28,884 nt of DNA from NCBI GenBank assembly GCA_045602805.1, contig JAZSCG010000083.1, forward strand, positions 1 through 28,884, in the 5' to 3' direction. A program made the position numbers and the translations under genes. The notes under the pieces are model-generated. The model had not been told where the DNA came from, searched no databases, and saw only the letters and a list, made by a program, of their open reading frames with translations. Source of the stretch: Feifaniaceae bacterium. GTDB lineage: Bacteria > Bacillota > Clostridia > Oscillospirales > Feifaniaceae. Below are positions 9,617 through 19,045 of the stretch, one piece after another; within the stretch, counting starts at the first letter, position 1, and every line of letters begins with the position of its first letter.

Positions 9617-12600
9617 TGAAAACATTAACAGATTTGTTTCCAAAACTTGATATACATAACACTCTTCTGGAAAAACTGTCAAACACAGAAATTAAAAACG
9701 CATATGCGAAAAAATCTACACGTGAGATTGGTTTTACATTGTGCGGACAGTTTGATGACGGGGAACTGAATGAAATAAAAAATGCTATTATAAACAAATG
9801 TAATGCCTCTGGCGTTATTATTGAACTTGAAATCAAAGAAAACGGCGCTATAACTGAAATATCATCACAAGTTATAGAAAGATTAGCATGTGATATTTCA
9901 CCTGTTGCAAAGGGATTTTTGACCGATTGCAAGGTGACGTGCAGCGATGATGAACTTCTTATTGAACTTGCGCATGGCGGACTTGCATTTCTTGAAGAAA
10001 TGAATGTGGCAAAGCAGTTACAAAATGCTCTTTTAAAAAAGTTCTCAAAGCTATATAAATGTACTTTTAAAGGTATAACTGAGATTGATGCTGATAGTGA
10101 TGAATATAAAACTTCACATGTGGATGAAGGACCTGTCATAAAAAAACAGGTAAGTGAAGAAAATCAAGTCATTTACGGAAAGGCTATAAAAAAGCCGGTT
10201 ATATCAATAAATACACTTTCGGAAGAGACGGGAAGTGCTGCAGTCAGGGGCAGAGTATTTGCTTTTGACAGACGAATTACAAAAGACGGAAGTAAAATGA
10301 TAGCTTCATTCGGCATTTCTGATGGCACTTCTTCGATAAAAGTTAAATTTGTTCCATTACCGACGGTTGATGAAGGAAACCGTCTTATGGATAAAATAGA
10401 AAAAGCGGGATATGTAGTAATTCAGGGTGAAATAAGTTACGATAAGTATGACAGAGATATATTCTTAAATCCTCGTAATATAGTGAGTGATAAAGAAGAA
10501 GAAAGAACTGACAATGCTCCCGTAAAGAGAGTGGAACTTCATCTTCATACCACCATGAGCATGAAGGATGCTGTTACAACCCCGGATAAATACATAAAAA
10601 GGGCAAAAAAATGGGGTCTTGATGCGATTGCGATAACAGATCACGGTGTAATTCAAGCTTTCCCGAGTGCTTATCTCACTGCTCAGAAAATCGGTTATGA
10701 GGGTAAAATAATATACGGTGTGGAAGACTATTTTGTCAACGACACACATCCCGTTATGTTCGGAAGCTGTAATGATTCTTTTGATGATACCATTGTTTGT
10801 TTTGATCTTGAGACTACCGGTTTTAGCGCAGTCAACGACAGAATCATAGAAATCGGTGCGGTTAAAATACAAAATGGAATCATAACAGACAAACTCAATT
10901 TGTTTGTATATCCCGGAAAGCCCATACCTGCAAAAGTGATTGAACTTACGGGCATAAATGATTCTATGGTTGCCGATGCTCCGTCGCAGGAAGATTCGGT
11001 AAGAAAGTTTATTGATTTTGCAGGTAATGCAATGCTTGTTGCGCATAATGCATCATTTGATATGTCATTTATCAATGCGGCATGTGAAAGATATGATATT
11101 TCATACAGACCGGCTTACCTGGATACGCTTGCACTTAGCCGTAAGATGTACAGAGGACTCAAAAATTATAAGCTTAATACACTTGCAGAACATTTTGAAG
11201 TTGGTGATTTTAATCATCACAGGGCTTCTGATGATGCCGCAATTCTTGCTAAGATACTGCTCTGTATGCTTGCTGATTTGAAAAAGGAGCAGGGACTGTC
11301 TTCATTTGAGAATTTTAATAATGAGATAAATCGTAATTATGAGGGTACAGATCTCTCGAAACTAAAACCCAATCATCAGACAATTCTTGTAAAGAACAGG
11401 GCAGGACTCAGAAACTTGTTTATAATGATATCTGAGTCACATCTGAAATACTATAACAGGCGTCCTATTATCCCAAAAAGTCTGCTTATGCAGTACAGGG
11501 ATGGTTTGATCATCGGAAGTGCCTGTGAAGCCGGAGAACTTTACACAGCATTTGTTGAGAACCGTTCACAAAAAGATATAGAGGAGATAGCATCTTTTTA
11601 TGATTATCTCGAAATTCAGCCTCTTTGCAACAATATGTTCCTTGTAGAAAAAGGAATAGTTTCTGATGTGAATGAACTCAAGAACATAAATAAGAGGATA
11701 TGTGAATTGGGCGATAAGCTCGGAAAGCCTGTTGTAGCAACATGTGACGTACATTTTCTTGATCCCGAAGATGAGCAGTTCAGAAAGGTGCTTCTTATTG
11801 CTCAGGAGTTTTCTGACGGCGGTAAGCCTATGCCGCTTTATCTGCGTACAACGGATGAAATGCTTGCTGAATTCTCATATCTTGGCGAGGAACTTGCAAG
11901 AAAAGTGGTAATAGACAATACTCGTCTTATTGCAGATATGTGCGAAAGTTTTTCTCCGTTACCACCAAATAAACTTTTTAAACCGACTATCGAAGGTGCC
12001 GAAGAGGAGCTTTATGATAAGTCGTTTGAAAAGGCAAAAAGCATATACGGTGAAGAATTACCTGAATGGATCAGTGAAAGGTTAAAAACTGAACTTACAG
12101 CTATCATTGAAAACGGATATGCGGTTACATACATTATTGCAAAAAGGCTTGTTGAAGAGTCAAATCGTAACGGTTATCTTGTTGGTTCAAGAGGTTCAGT
12201 CGGATCATCGATTGCAGCATTTATGTCAGGCATTACAGAAGTTAACGGTTTGCCGCCTCACTATGTGTGTTCGAAATGCAGATATCTCGAACAAAATACA
12301 ATTCCGGGCATTGACTGCGGTGTGGATATGCCGGATAAGGATTGTCCTGTCTGCGGTACAAAACTTACAAAGGCAGGTTTTGACATTCCTTTCCAGACAT
12401 TCCTTGGATTTGAAGCTGATAAGGTGCCCGATATAGACTTGAATTTTGCAAGTGCATATCAGTCGCAGATGCATAAATACGTTGAACAGTTGCTCGGAAG
12501 CAGAAATATATTCAGAGCAGGTACAATTAACGGTCTTCAGGAAAAGAATGCCATTGGCTATGTTAAAAAGTATGCCGAAAGAATAGGGGTACAACTGTCC

Positions 12601-13851
12601 AATCTGGAAACGCTCAGGCTTGCACAGGGGTTGGTCGGAGTCAAGATGACTACGGGACAGCATCCCGGCGGCGTTATGGTTGTTCCTCAGGAAATGGATA
12701 TCTATGATTTTTGTCCAATTCAGCATCCGGCAGACGATTCCGATAAAGGTACTGTAACTACGCATTTTGAGTATAAGTATATTCACGATAATTTGCTTAA
12801 GCTGGACATGCTTGGACATGACGATCCGACTATGCTGAAAATGCTTCAGGATATTACGGGAATAGATGGCAGGGAAATTCCTCTTGATGATAAAGATGTT
12901 ATGGAGATATTCTTGTCAAACAAGACTCTTAATCTTACAAAAGAAAATCCATACTCAAATGTCGGAACAATAGCAATATCCGAGTTTGGAACACGTTTTG
13001 TAAGAGGAATGCTTGAAAAAACAAAGCCTACTACATTCTCAGAACTTGTTAAGATATCGGGTCTTTCGCACGGAACTGATGTTTGGCTTGGCAATGCGGA
13101 ATCTATCATAGATGAAGGCACTGCTACTCTTAAAGAAGTTATCTGTACACGTGATGATATTATGCTGTATCTTATCGGCAAGGAAATGGATAAAAAACTC
13201 AGCTTTACAATAATGGAAGCGGTTCGTAAGGGTAAACATCTGAAGCCTGAGTGGGAAGTAGAGATGCGCGCACACGACGTGCCTGAATGGTATATTGAAT
13301 CGTGTAATAAAATCGCATATATGTTTCCTAAGGCACACGCTGTTGCATATGTAATGATGGCCTTCAGAATAGCGTGGTTTAAAGTTCACAAACCGCTTGC
13401 ATTTTATGCTGCATACTTTTCTATTCGGGCTGATCTCTTCAATGCAGAGACTATGATATACGGAATTGAACGGGTAGAGGATAAAATTAAGGAACTTGAA
13501 GCACTTCCTAAAATGAATGCAAGAGAAAAAAGTGAACTTACCATTTATGAAGTTGTCTATGAATATTATCTGAGAGGGTATTCTTTTTCAAATGTTGATA
13601 TAGAAAAATCACATTCAACTGAATTTATTGTATGTGAAGAAGAGAATAAACTTATTCCTCCGTTTAATACTATTGCGCATCTTGGTGATACGGCAGCAGA
13701 ATCAGTTGTTGCGGAAAGACAAAAAGGTAAATTTGAATCGATTGAAGAACTGTTAGCGCGGACAAGTTTAAACACGACAAATGTTGAAGATATGAAAAAA
13801 TTGGGCATTTTGAACGATTTGCCGGACTCATCCCAGATAACTTTCTTTTAA
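9616..13851 (+). CDS. polC: DNA polymerase III, PolC-type
   Basis: OB fold; PHP domain (HLHTTMS, AITDHG, CDVH); inserted exonuclease (DLETTG, AHNASFD, HHRASDDA); Zn finger (CSKC...CPVC); RGSVGSS, PDIDLNF, KLDMLGHD, YMFPKAHA. Confidence 0.99.
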   Translation: MKTLTDLFPKLDIHNTLLEKLSNTEIKNAYAKKSTREIGFTLCGQFDDGELNEIKNAIINKCNASGVIIELEIKENGAITEISSQVIERLACDISPVAKGFLTDCKVTCSDDELLIELAHGGLAFLEEMNVAKQLQNALLKKFSKLYKCTFKGITEIDADSDEYKTSHVDEGPVIKKQVSEENQVIYGKAIKKPVISINTLSEETGSAAVRGRVFAFDRRITKDGSKMIASFGISDGTSSIKVKFVPLPTVDEGNRLMDKIEKAGYVVIQGEISYDKYDRDIFLNPRNIVSDKEEERTDNAPVKRVELHLHTTMSMKDAVTTPDKYIKRAKKWGLDAIAITDHGVIQAFPSAYLTAQKIGYEGKIIYGVEDYFVNDTHPVMFGSCNDSFDDTIVCFDLETTGFSAVNDRIIEIGAVKIQNGIITDKLNLFVYPGKPIPAKVIELTGINDSMVADAPSQEDSVRKFIDFAGNAMLVAHNASFDMSFINAACERYDISYRPAYLDTLALSRKMYRGLKNYKLNTLAEHFEVGDFNHHRASDDAAILAKILLCMLADLKKEQGLSSFENFNNEINRNYEGTDLSKLKPNHQTILVKNRAGLRNLFIMISESHLKYYNRRPIIPKSLLMQYRDGLIIGSACEAGELYTAFVENRSQKDIEEIASFYDYLEIQPLCNNMFLVEKGIVSDVNELKNINKRICELGDKLGKPVVATCDVHFLDPEDEQFRKVLLIAQEFSDGGKPMPLYLRTTDEMLAEFSYLGEELARKVVIDNTRLIADMCESFSPLPPNKLFKPTIEGAEEELYDKSFEKAKSIYGEELPEWISERLKTELTAIIENGYAVTYIIAKRLVEESNRNGYLVGSRGSVGSSIAAFMSGITEVNGLPPHYVCSKCRYLEQNTIPGIDCGVDMPDKDCPVCGTKLTKAGFDIPFQTFLGFEADKVPDIDLNFASAYQSQMHKYVEQLLGSRNIFRAGTINGLQEKNAIGYVKKYAERIGVQLSNLETLRLAQGLVGVKMTTGQHPGGVMVVPQEMDIYDFCPIQHPADDSDKGTVTTHFEYKYIHDNLLKLDMLGHDDPTMLKMLQDITGIDGREIPLDDKDVMEIFLSNKTLNLTKENPYSNVGTIAISEFGTRFVRGMLEKTKPTTFSELVKISGLSHGTDVWLGNAESIIDEGTATLKEVICTRDDIMLYLIGKEMDKKLSFTIMEAVRKGKHLKPEWEVEMRAHDVPEWYIESCNKIAYMFPKAHAVAYVMMAFRIAWFKVHKPLAFYAAYFSIRADLFNAETMIYGIERVEDKIKELEALPKMNAREKSELTIYEVVYEYYLRGYSFSNVDIEKSHSTEFIVCEEENKLIPPFNTIAHLGDTAAESVVAERQKGKFESIEELLARTSLNTTNVEDMKKLGILNDLPDSSQITFF

Positions 13852-13867
13852 AATATACAATAAAATG

Positions 13868-13896
13868 TTGACAAATTATGAATACTTGTTTATAAT
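13868..13896 (+). promoter_or_regulatory. Consensus sigma-A promoter of the sigH-like gene
   Basis: TTGACA-17 nt-TATAAT. Confidence 0.85.
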
Positions 13897-13919
13897 CTAT
13901 AGTGTTGAGGAGTGACTAT

Positions 13920-14483
13920 TTGAAAAACGACGATGAAAAGGCATTACTTTCATTAGCGAAACAGGGTGACAGTGATGCTGTATCACAACTCATCAAGCGG
14001 TATTATCAAAGGGCATCAGGCATATCGAGACGTTTTTACATATCGGGTGCGGATACCAATGATTTATTGCAGGAAGCGTTGATAGCACTGTTTGCGGCTA
14101 TAAACTCATACGATGAAAACAAAAGTGACAGTTTTGAAGCTTTTGCATCGATGTGTATGAAAAACAGGCTTCTGTCCTGTGTAAAATCATCTAACAGAAA
14201 AAAGAATGAACCGCTTAATTACTTCATTTCTTTGGACGATGCGGAGATAGAGGTTGATGACCCTTCTCAAAAGGTTATTGATTTTGAAACTCTCGAAGAG
14301 TACAAAAAACAAATCGGTGTCAAATTAACACAAAAAGAGAAGACGGTACTGTCGTACTATCTTTCCGGTTATTCGTATGCTTTTATTGCACGAAAGCTCG
14401 GGCTTTCCAAGAAGACCGTTGATAACATGATTTACAGAGTGAAGAAGAAATTGAAAAACGAAGCACCTAAAGGTGACGTTTAA
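13920..14483 (+). CDS. sigH: SigH (Spo0H)-like sigma-70 family factor
   Basis: FYISGADTNDLLQEALIALF and SFEAFASMCMKNRLLSCVKSSNRKKNEPLNYFISLD resemble SigH region 2; C-terminal HTH GYSYAFIARKLGLSKKTVDNMIYRVKKKL. TTG 13920 is 7 nt after SD GAGGAG. Confidence 0.75.
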   Translation: MKNDDEKALLSLAKQGDSDAVSQLIKRYYQRASGISRRFYISGADTNDLLQEALIALFAAINSYDENKSDSFEAFASMCMKNRLLSCVKSSNRKKNEPLNYFISLDDAEIEVDDPSQKVIDFETLEEYKKQIGVKLTQKEKTVLSYYLSGYSYAFIARKLGLSKKTVDNMIYRVKKKLKNEAPKGDV

Positions 14484-14516
14484 ATATCATTAAAATGCCA
14501 AAAGCGAGGGAAAGAC

Positions 14517-14798
14517 ATGTACGAAGACAAGACATTAACCTGCAAAGAATGCGGAGCAGAATTTGTATTCACTGCAGGTGAACAGGAGTTCTATGCTGAA
14601 AGAGGTTTCCAGAATGAGCCTCAGAGATGCAAGGCTTGCAGAGATGCAAAGAAAAACGCTATGAGAGCAAACAGAGAAATGTATGATGCAGTATGCGCAT
14701 CATGCGGCGGTCCTGCTAAGGTTCCTTTTGAACCCAGAAACGACAGACCTGTTTATTGCAGCGAGTGTTTTGCTAAGATGAGAGAAGAAGATAAATAA
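14517..14798 (+). CDS. Zinc-ribbon protein (zf-trcl plus CxxC-x17-CxxC type)
   Basis: LTCKECGAEFVFTAGEQEFY...PQRCKAC, then CASCG...VYCSEC. Confidence 0.85.
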   Translation: MYEDKTLTCKECGAEFVFTAGEQEFYAERGFQNEPQRCKACRDAKKNAMRANREMYDAVCASCGGPAKVPFEPRNDRPVYCSECFAKMREEDK

Positions 14799-14816
14799 AT
14801 TATTTATTAGATTCAG

Positions 14817-14854
14817 TAAGAAAGGGCGTATTTATATATGCTCTTTCTTATTTT
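14817..14854 (+). terminator. Intrinsic terminator after the zinc-ribbon gene
   Basis: 14-bp stem TAAGAAAGGGCGTA / TATGCTCTTTCTTA followed by TTTT. Confidence 0.75.
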
Positions 14855-14858
14855 ATAC

Positions 14859-14887
14859 TTGAAAGCAGAGATAATATATATTATAAT
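14859..14887 (+). promoter_or_regulatory. Sigma-A promoter of the DUF1858 gene
   Basis: TTGAAA-17 nt-TATAAT; SD GGAGG downstream. Confidence 0.7.
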
Positions 14888-14913
14888 AACACAAGGACTG
14901 GAGGTAATAAATT

Positions 14914-15117
14914 ATGAGAGAAATTACTAAAGAAACAATTGTAGGAGATATTCTTGATGCTGATGAAGGTACAGCACAGTTCTTTTTTGCTATCGGTATG
15001 CACTGTCTTGGTTGCCCTTGTTCAAGAGGCGAAACTATAGAAGATGCTTGTGCAGTTCACGGGGCTGATGCTGATGCACTTGTTGATACTATCAATAAAT
15101 ATCTTGCAGAAAAGTAA
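14914..15117 (+). CDS. DUF1858 (hybrid-cluster-protein-associated redox disulfide domain) protein
   Basis: ITKETIVGDIL...FFAIGMHCLGCPCSRGETIEDACAVHG. Confidence 0.85.
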   Translation: MREITKETIVGDILDADEGTAQFFFAIGMHCLGCPCSRGETIEDACAVHGADADALVDTINKYLAEK

Positions 15118-15121
15118 GGAA

Positions 15122-15144
15122 TGAGCCGGCTATATGTCGGCTCA
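15122..15144 (+). other. Stem-loop between DUF1858 and trmK
   Basis: TGAGCCGGC-TATAT-GTCGGCTCA, 9 bp, with no U-tract. Confidence 0.6.
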
Positions 15145-15156
15145 AGTTATATAAAT

Positions 15157-15828
15157 ATGAAATTACAATCAGAACGTTTGAATACAATAGCTTCACTTGT
15201 GAAGCAGAATCATATTTTTGCGGATGTAGGGACTGATCATGCGCACATTCCGTCATATCTGATATTAAACGGTGTCTCACCCTACGGGTATGCGGGTGAT
15301 ATAAAAAGCGGTCCGCTTGCAGTTGCAAGAAAAAATCTGTCTCAGCACGGAATAGAAGACAAGGTAGAACTTATTTTATGTGATGGACTTTGTACTTTTC
15401 CTCTGGATAAAATAGATGATATTATTATCGCAGGAATGGGCGGTGATACTATTATCGGTATCATTGATGTTTGTAAGGAAATAACCCCAAGACACAGATT
15501 TATTTTACAGCCTATGACAAATGTTCCTAAGGTCAGAAGTTATCTTTTTGAGAATGGGTATGAAATTACCGAGGAAAAAATTGTGTCTGAAGACCTTAAA
15601 ATATATAATGTACTTGTTGCGGTTAAATCGGATGTGACAGCAAAACCGTCTCTTAAAGATATATATTTTGGGGTAAATATCAGTTCACCTGAGCTTGTGC
15701 TACCTTACATAAATTATCTGAAAAACAAACATAAAAAGCATTATAACGGTCTTATAAAAGCAAAAATACAGAATGTCGAAGATATTGCACTTGAAAAAAG
15801 GGTTGTCAAAATGTTGGAGGAACTTTGA
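15157..15828 (+). CDS. trmK: tRNA (adenine22-N1) methyltransferase
   Basis: SERLNTIASLV, ADVGTDHAHIP, LCDGL, IAGMGGDTI, ILQP. The start (15157 vs 15121) is uncertain. Confidence 0.88.
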   Translation: MKLQSERLNTIASLVKQNHIFADVGTDHAHIPSYLILNGVSPYGYAGDIKSGPLAVARKNLSQHGIEDKVELILCDGLCTFPLDKIDDIIIAGMGGDTIIGIIDVCKEITPRHRFILQPMTNVPKVRSYLFENGYEITEEKIVSEDLKIYNVLVAVKSDVTAKPSLKDIYFGVNISSPELVLPYINYLKNKHKKHYNGLIKAKIQNVEDIALEKRVVKMLEEL

Positions 15829-16601
15829 TGATTACGGTTAGAGATATAGAAAAATTAATGGCCCAAAAAATACCTTTTGATCTTGCTTGGGAATGGGACA
15901 ATATTGGTTTTTTAGTCGGTGATCCGGACTCGGAATTAACCAATATTATGTTTGCGGTAGACATCACCGAAAGCGTTATAGATGAAGCTAAAGCAAATAA
16001 TTGCTCGCTTATTATCAGCCATCACCCGGTTATATTTAACGGCATAGAACACATAAGAAAAGACGACTATGCAACATCAAAAATATACTCATTAATCGAA
16101 AATAAAATCTCTGCAATATGCCTTCATACCAATCTTGATAATGCGGAAAACGGAATGTCGGACTCGCTGTGTAAAGCTTGCAAAATAACTGTAGATAAGA
16201 TTATTGAAATTGAGGGAAAACCCTGTCTGAGAGTTGGTGGGATTAACCGCGAATTGTCGGTAACTGATTTTGCTGAAAGTGTTAAAAACAGTATATCAGC
16301 AAGCGGTGTTATGTTTTTTGACTGTGGTAAAAAGGTTAAAAAAATTGCTGTTGTGACGGGCAGCGGCGGAAGTTGTATACATGATGCTTATCTTGAAGGC
16401 TGCGATACCTTACTCACCGGTGAACTCAAGCACAATAATTTTATTGATGCTAAAGAAATGGGGCTTAATCTCATTTGTGCAGGCCACTATTTTACTGAAA
16501 AATGTGGACTGGAACTTGTAAAATCCGTTATTAATGAAAAGTATCCGTCTCTTAACCTGATTGATGCGAGATCACTTGATAATCTGTATAGTTTTATTTA
16601 G
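15828..16601 (+). CDS. Nif3-like dinuclear metal-centre protein (short form)
   Basis: AWEWDNIGFLVG, ISHHPVIF, CLHTNLD, VTGSGG, GELKH, AGHYFTE. Confidence 0.92.
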   Translation: MITVRDIEKLMAQKIPFDLAWEWDNIGFLVGDPDSELTNIMFAVDITESVIDEAKANNCSLIISHHPVIFNGIEHIRKDDYATSKIYSLIENKISAICLHTNLDNAENGMSDSLCKACKITVDKIIEIEGKPCLRVGGINRELSVTDFAESVKNSISASGVMFFDCGKKVKKIAVVTGSGGSCIHDAYLEGCDTLLTGELKHNNFIDAKEMGLNLICAGHYFTEKCGLELVKSVINEKYPSLNLIDARSLDNLYSFI

Positions 16602-16610
16602 GAGTAATAA

Positions 16611-18329
16611 ATGCCATTTGATGCTGTTTTCTTGAAATCAATGATGCTTGAGATAAACAAAGTTTGTCTCGGAGGTAAAGTCGATAAGATAAATATGCCT
16701 GAACGTGACAGAGTTGTCATAACGGTGAGAACTCTTGGCAAAAATGAAAGGCTTTTATTATGCGCGAACGCAAATCATCCCAGAGTTCAGATGACTGAAG
16801 TGTCATATGCAAATCCCGATGTGCCGCCTATGTTTTGTATGTTGCTGAGAAAGCATCTGACAGGCGGAAAGATTACGGAGATTACTCAGCTTTCTTTTGA
16901 AAGAGCAATAAAATTTTCTTTTTTGGTAACAAATGAATTTCTTGAAAAAGAAACAAAATCTCTCGTTCTTGAAATTCTGGGCAGACAAAGCAATATAATT
17001 TTGCTTGACTCGGATGACAGAATAATAGATAGCCTGAAAAAAGTTTCATATAATGAAAATGCAACACGTCAGGTTATGCCGGGTGCGAAATATAAATTGC
17101 CTGACAGTATGAATAAGCTTGATCCTTTCCTTAATGAAATTACAATAAGGGATAAGATTATTTCGGACAAGTCGTCGTTAACTGCAGATAAATTGTTAAT
17201 GGCTTACGTGATGGGACTTTCACCTTTGATTTCCAGAGAGATTGCGCACAGAAGCGGAGTTTCGGACGTTACATCTTTTGAAATGTCTGAGAGTCAAAAA
17301 GAGAATCTTCTGAACACACTTTTTTCGTTTTTAAATGCCGAAAAAAATGCCACTATATTGCTCGGAGATAAAGAACCTAAAGTCTATTCTGTTTGTGAAA
17401 TAAAGCAGTATGGAGACAAATACACTAATAAGAAATACGATGATTTTTCAACACTTCTCGATGAATATTTTTCAGCAACTGATAGGAGAGAAATATTAAA
17501 AAGCAAGAGTGCTGAAATTGCAAGATATATTAACTCTACTGTTGACAAGATTAGTAAAAAACTCATAAATCAACATGAAGAACTTGCAGAAAGTAAAGAC
17601 AGGGAAAAATATAAGATATATGGAGAACTTATAACTGCAAATATTCATATGATTGAGAAAGGTGCATCAAAGTGTAATCTTGTTAATTATTACGACGAAA
17701 ATCTAGCTATGACTGAGGTTCCGCTTGATCCTAAAATTTCAGCGGCAAGGAATGCACAAAAGTATTTTAAAAAGTATCAGAAATTAAAAACTGCCGAGGA
17801 AATGCTCGGCAGTCAGATAGAAAACGGAAAAGCAGAACTTGAATATTTTGAAAAGCTTTCTGCTCAGCTTACTCTTGCGGAAACTCCCGAAGAAATAGAG
17901 GACATTAAGAATGAACTCGTTGAACTCGGATATTTAAAGCGACCGTCAGGTATCAAGAAAAAACAAAAGCCGTCACAACCGCATCACTTCGTGACAAGAA
18001 ACGGTTTTGATATTTATATCGGACGAAATAATCTTCAAAATGATTATCTGACGCATAAATTTGCCTCTAAAAACGATTATTGGCTTCATGCTTTAAATTT
18101 AACGGGTTCTCATGTAATACTTGTCACAAACGGGAAAGAAGTGCCTGATGACGATATTGTTGAAGCGGCAGAATATGCTGCATATTACAGCAGTGGCAGG
18201 GGAGAAGAAAAGGTTCCCATAACCTATACTCCCGTAAAATTTGTTAAGAAGCCTAACGGTGCTAAACCGGGATTTGCAATTTATTCCACATCCTATACCG
18301 TTTATGTTTCGGGAAATGCAAAAAATTAA
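16611..18329 (+). CDS. rqcH: Ribosome quality-control factor RqcH/Rqc2 (FbpA, NFACT family)
   Basis: MPFDAVFL, GKVDKINMP, PPMFCMLLRKHL, FERAI, NAQKYFKKYQKLK, IGRNNLQNDYLT, DYWLH, GSHV, KKPNGAKPG. Confidence 0.93.
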   Translation: MPFDAVFLKSMMLEINKVCLGGKVDKINMPERDRVVITVRTLGKNERLLLCANANHPRVQMTEVSYANPDVPPMFCMLLRKHLTGGKITEITQLSFERAIKFSFLVTNEFLEKETKSLVLEILGRQSNIILLDSDDRIIDSLKKVSYNENATRQVMPGAKYKLPDSMNKLDPFLNEITIRDKIISDKSSLTADKLLMAYVMGLSPLISREIAHRSGVSDVTSFEMSESQKENLLNTLFSFLNAEKNATILLGDKEPKVYSVCEIKQYGDKYTNKKYDDFSTLLDEYFSATDRREILKSKSAEIARYINSTVDKISKKLINQHEELAESKDREKYKIYGELITANIHMIEKGASKCNLVNYYDENLAMTEVPLDPKISAARNAQKYFKKYQKLKTAEEMLGSQIENGKAELEYFEKLSAQLTLAETPEEIEDIKNELVELGYLKRPSGIKKKQKPSQPHHFVTRNGFDIYIGRNNLQNDYLTHKFASKNDYWLHALNLTGSHVILVTNGKEVPDDDIVEAAEYAAYYSSGRGEEKVPITYTPVKFVKKPNGAKPGFAIYSTSYTVYVSGNAKN

Positions 18330-18988
18330 ATAACGTAAAAGAATATTGAAAAGAAATGCAGAACGCTTCCGATGATAACAAATATATGCCATACGGAGTG
18401 GATGTATTTCTTTTTAGCACCTACTGCATAAAACACAGCACCGAGTGAGTAGGCGATGCCGCCTGCCAAAAGAAGGATAAGGCCGCCTTTTTCTACCGAT
18501 GCAAGTATCGGTTTAATAGCCATTACAACGGCCCATCCCATTACCAGATAACAACCAAAAGATATTTTTGAAAATTTTTCTAAATCTATTGCGTTGAAAA
18601 CAATTCCTAATATTGCCATTCCCCATATTATACCAAACATTGACCAACCAAGTGGACCTCGGAAGGATACTAAGGTATATGGTGTATATGTTCCGGCAAT
18701 GAGTAGGAAGATACTGCAGTGATCTATTATTCTGAAAACTCGTTTAGCTTTGTTTCGTGCAAGAGAATGATAAATCGTGGACATAAGATACAGAACAACA
18801 AGAGTGGAACCGTATATGGCGGACGAAACAATCGCCCATGCATCCCTATGTATCGCAGATCTGACAATACATAAAACCAATGCCGCAATACTCAACATAG
18901 CGCCTACGCCGTGTGTGATTGAATTTGTAATTTCTTCACCGAGTGTATAATCGGGAAGTGGAATCTTGTTTTTTAATGACTTTTTCAT
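18326..18988 (-). CDS. Hemolysin III / PAQR family membrane protein
   Basis: EEITNSITHG, STIYH, FRIIDHCSIFLLIAGTYTP, HSVWHIFV; SD GAGGTG. Confidence 0.92.
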   Translation of the reverse strand: MKKSLKNKIPLPDYTLGEEITNSITHGVGAMLSIAALVLCIVRSAIHRDAWAIVSSAIYGSTLVVLYLMSTIYHSLARNKAKRVFRIIDHCSIFLLIAGTYTPYTLVSFRGPLGWSMFGIIWGMAILGIVFNAIDLEKFSKISFGCYLVMGWAVVMAIKPILASVEKGGLILLLAGGIAYSLGAVFYAVGAKKKYIHSVWHIFVIIGSVLHFFSIFFYVI

Positions 18989-19016
18989 AAAACACCTCAC
19001 GTGGTTATTGAAACTA

Positions 19017-19045
19017 TATTATCACTTTTTCGGTTTTATTGCAAT
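19017..19045 (-). promoter_or_regulatory. Sigma-A promoter of the hemolysin III gene
   Basis: On the minus strand: TTGCAA-17 nt-TAATAT, with TG just upstream of the -10. Confidence 0.55.

Noticed and set aside
10465-13808. Several 100-197 aa antisense ORFs within polC, and similar ones within tsf, dxr, ispG and nfnB
   Set aside because: They are expected shadows of long conserved genes and have no SD or motifs.
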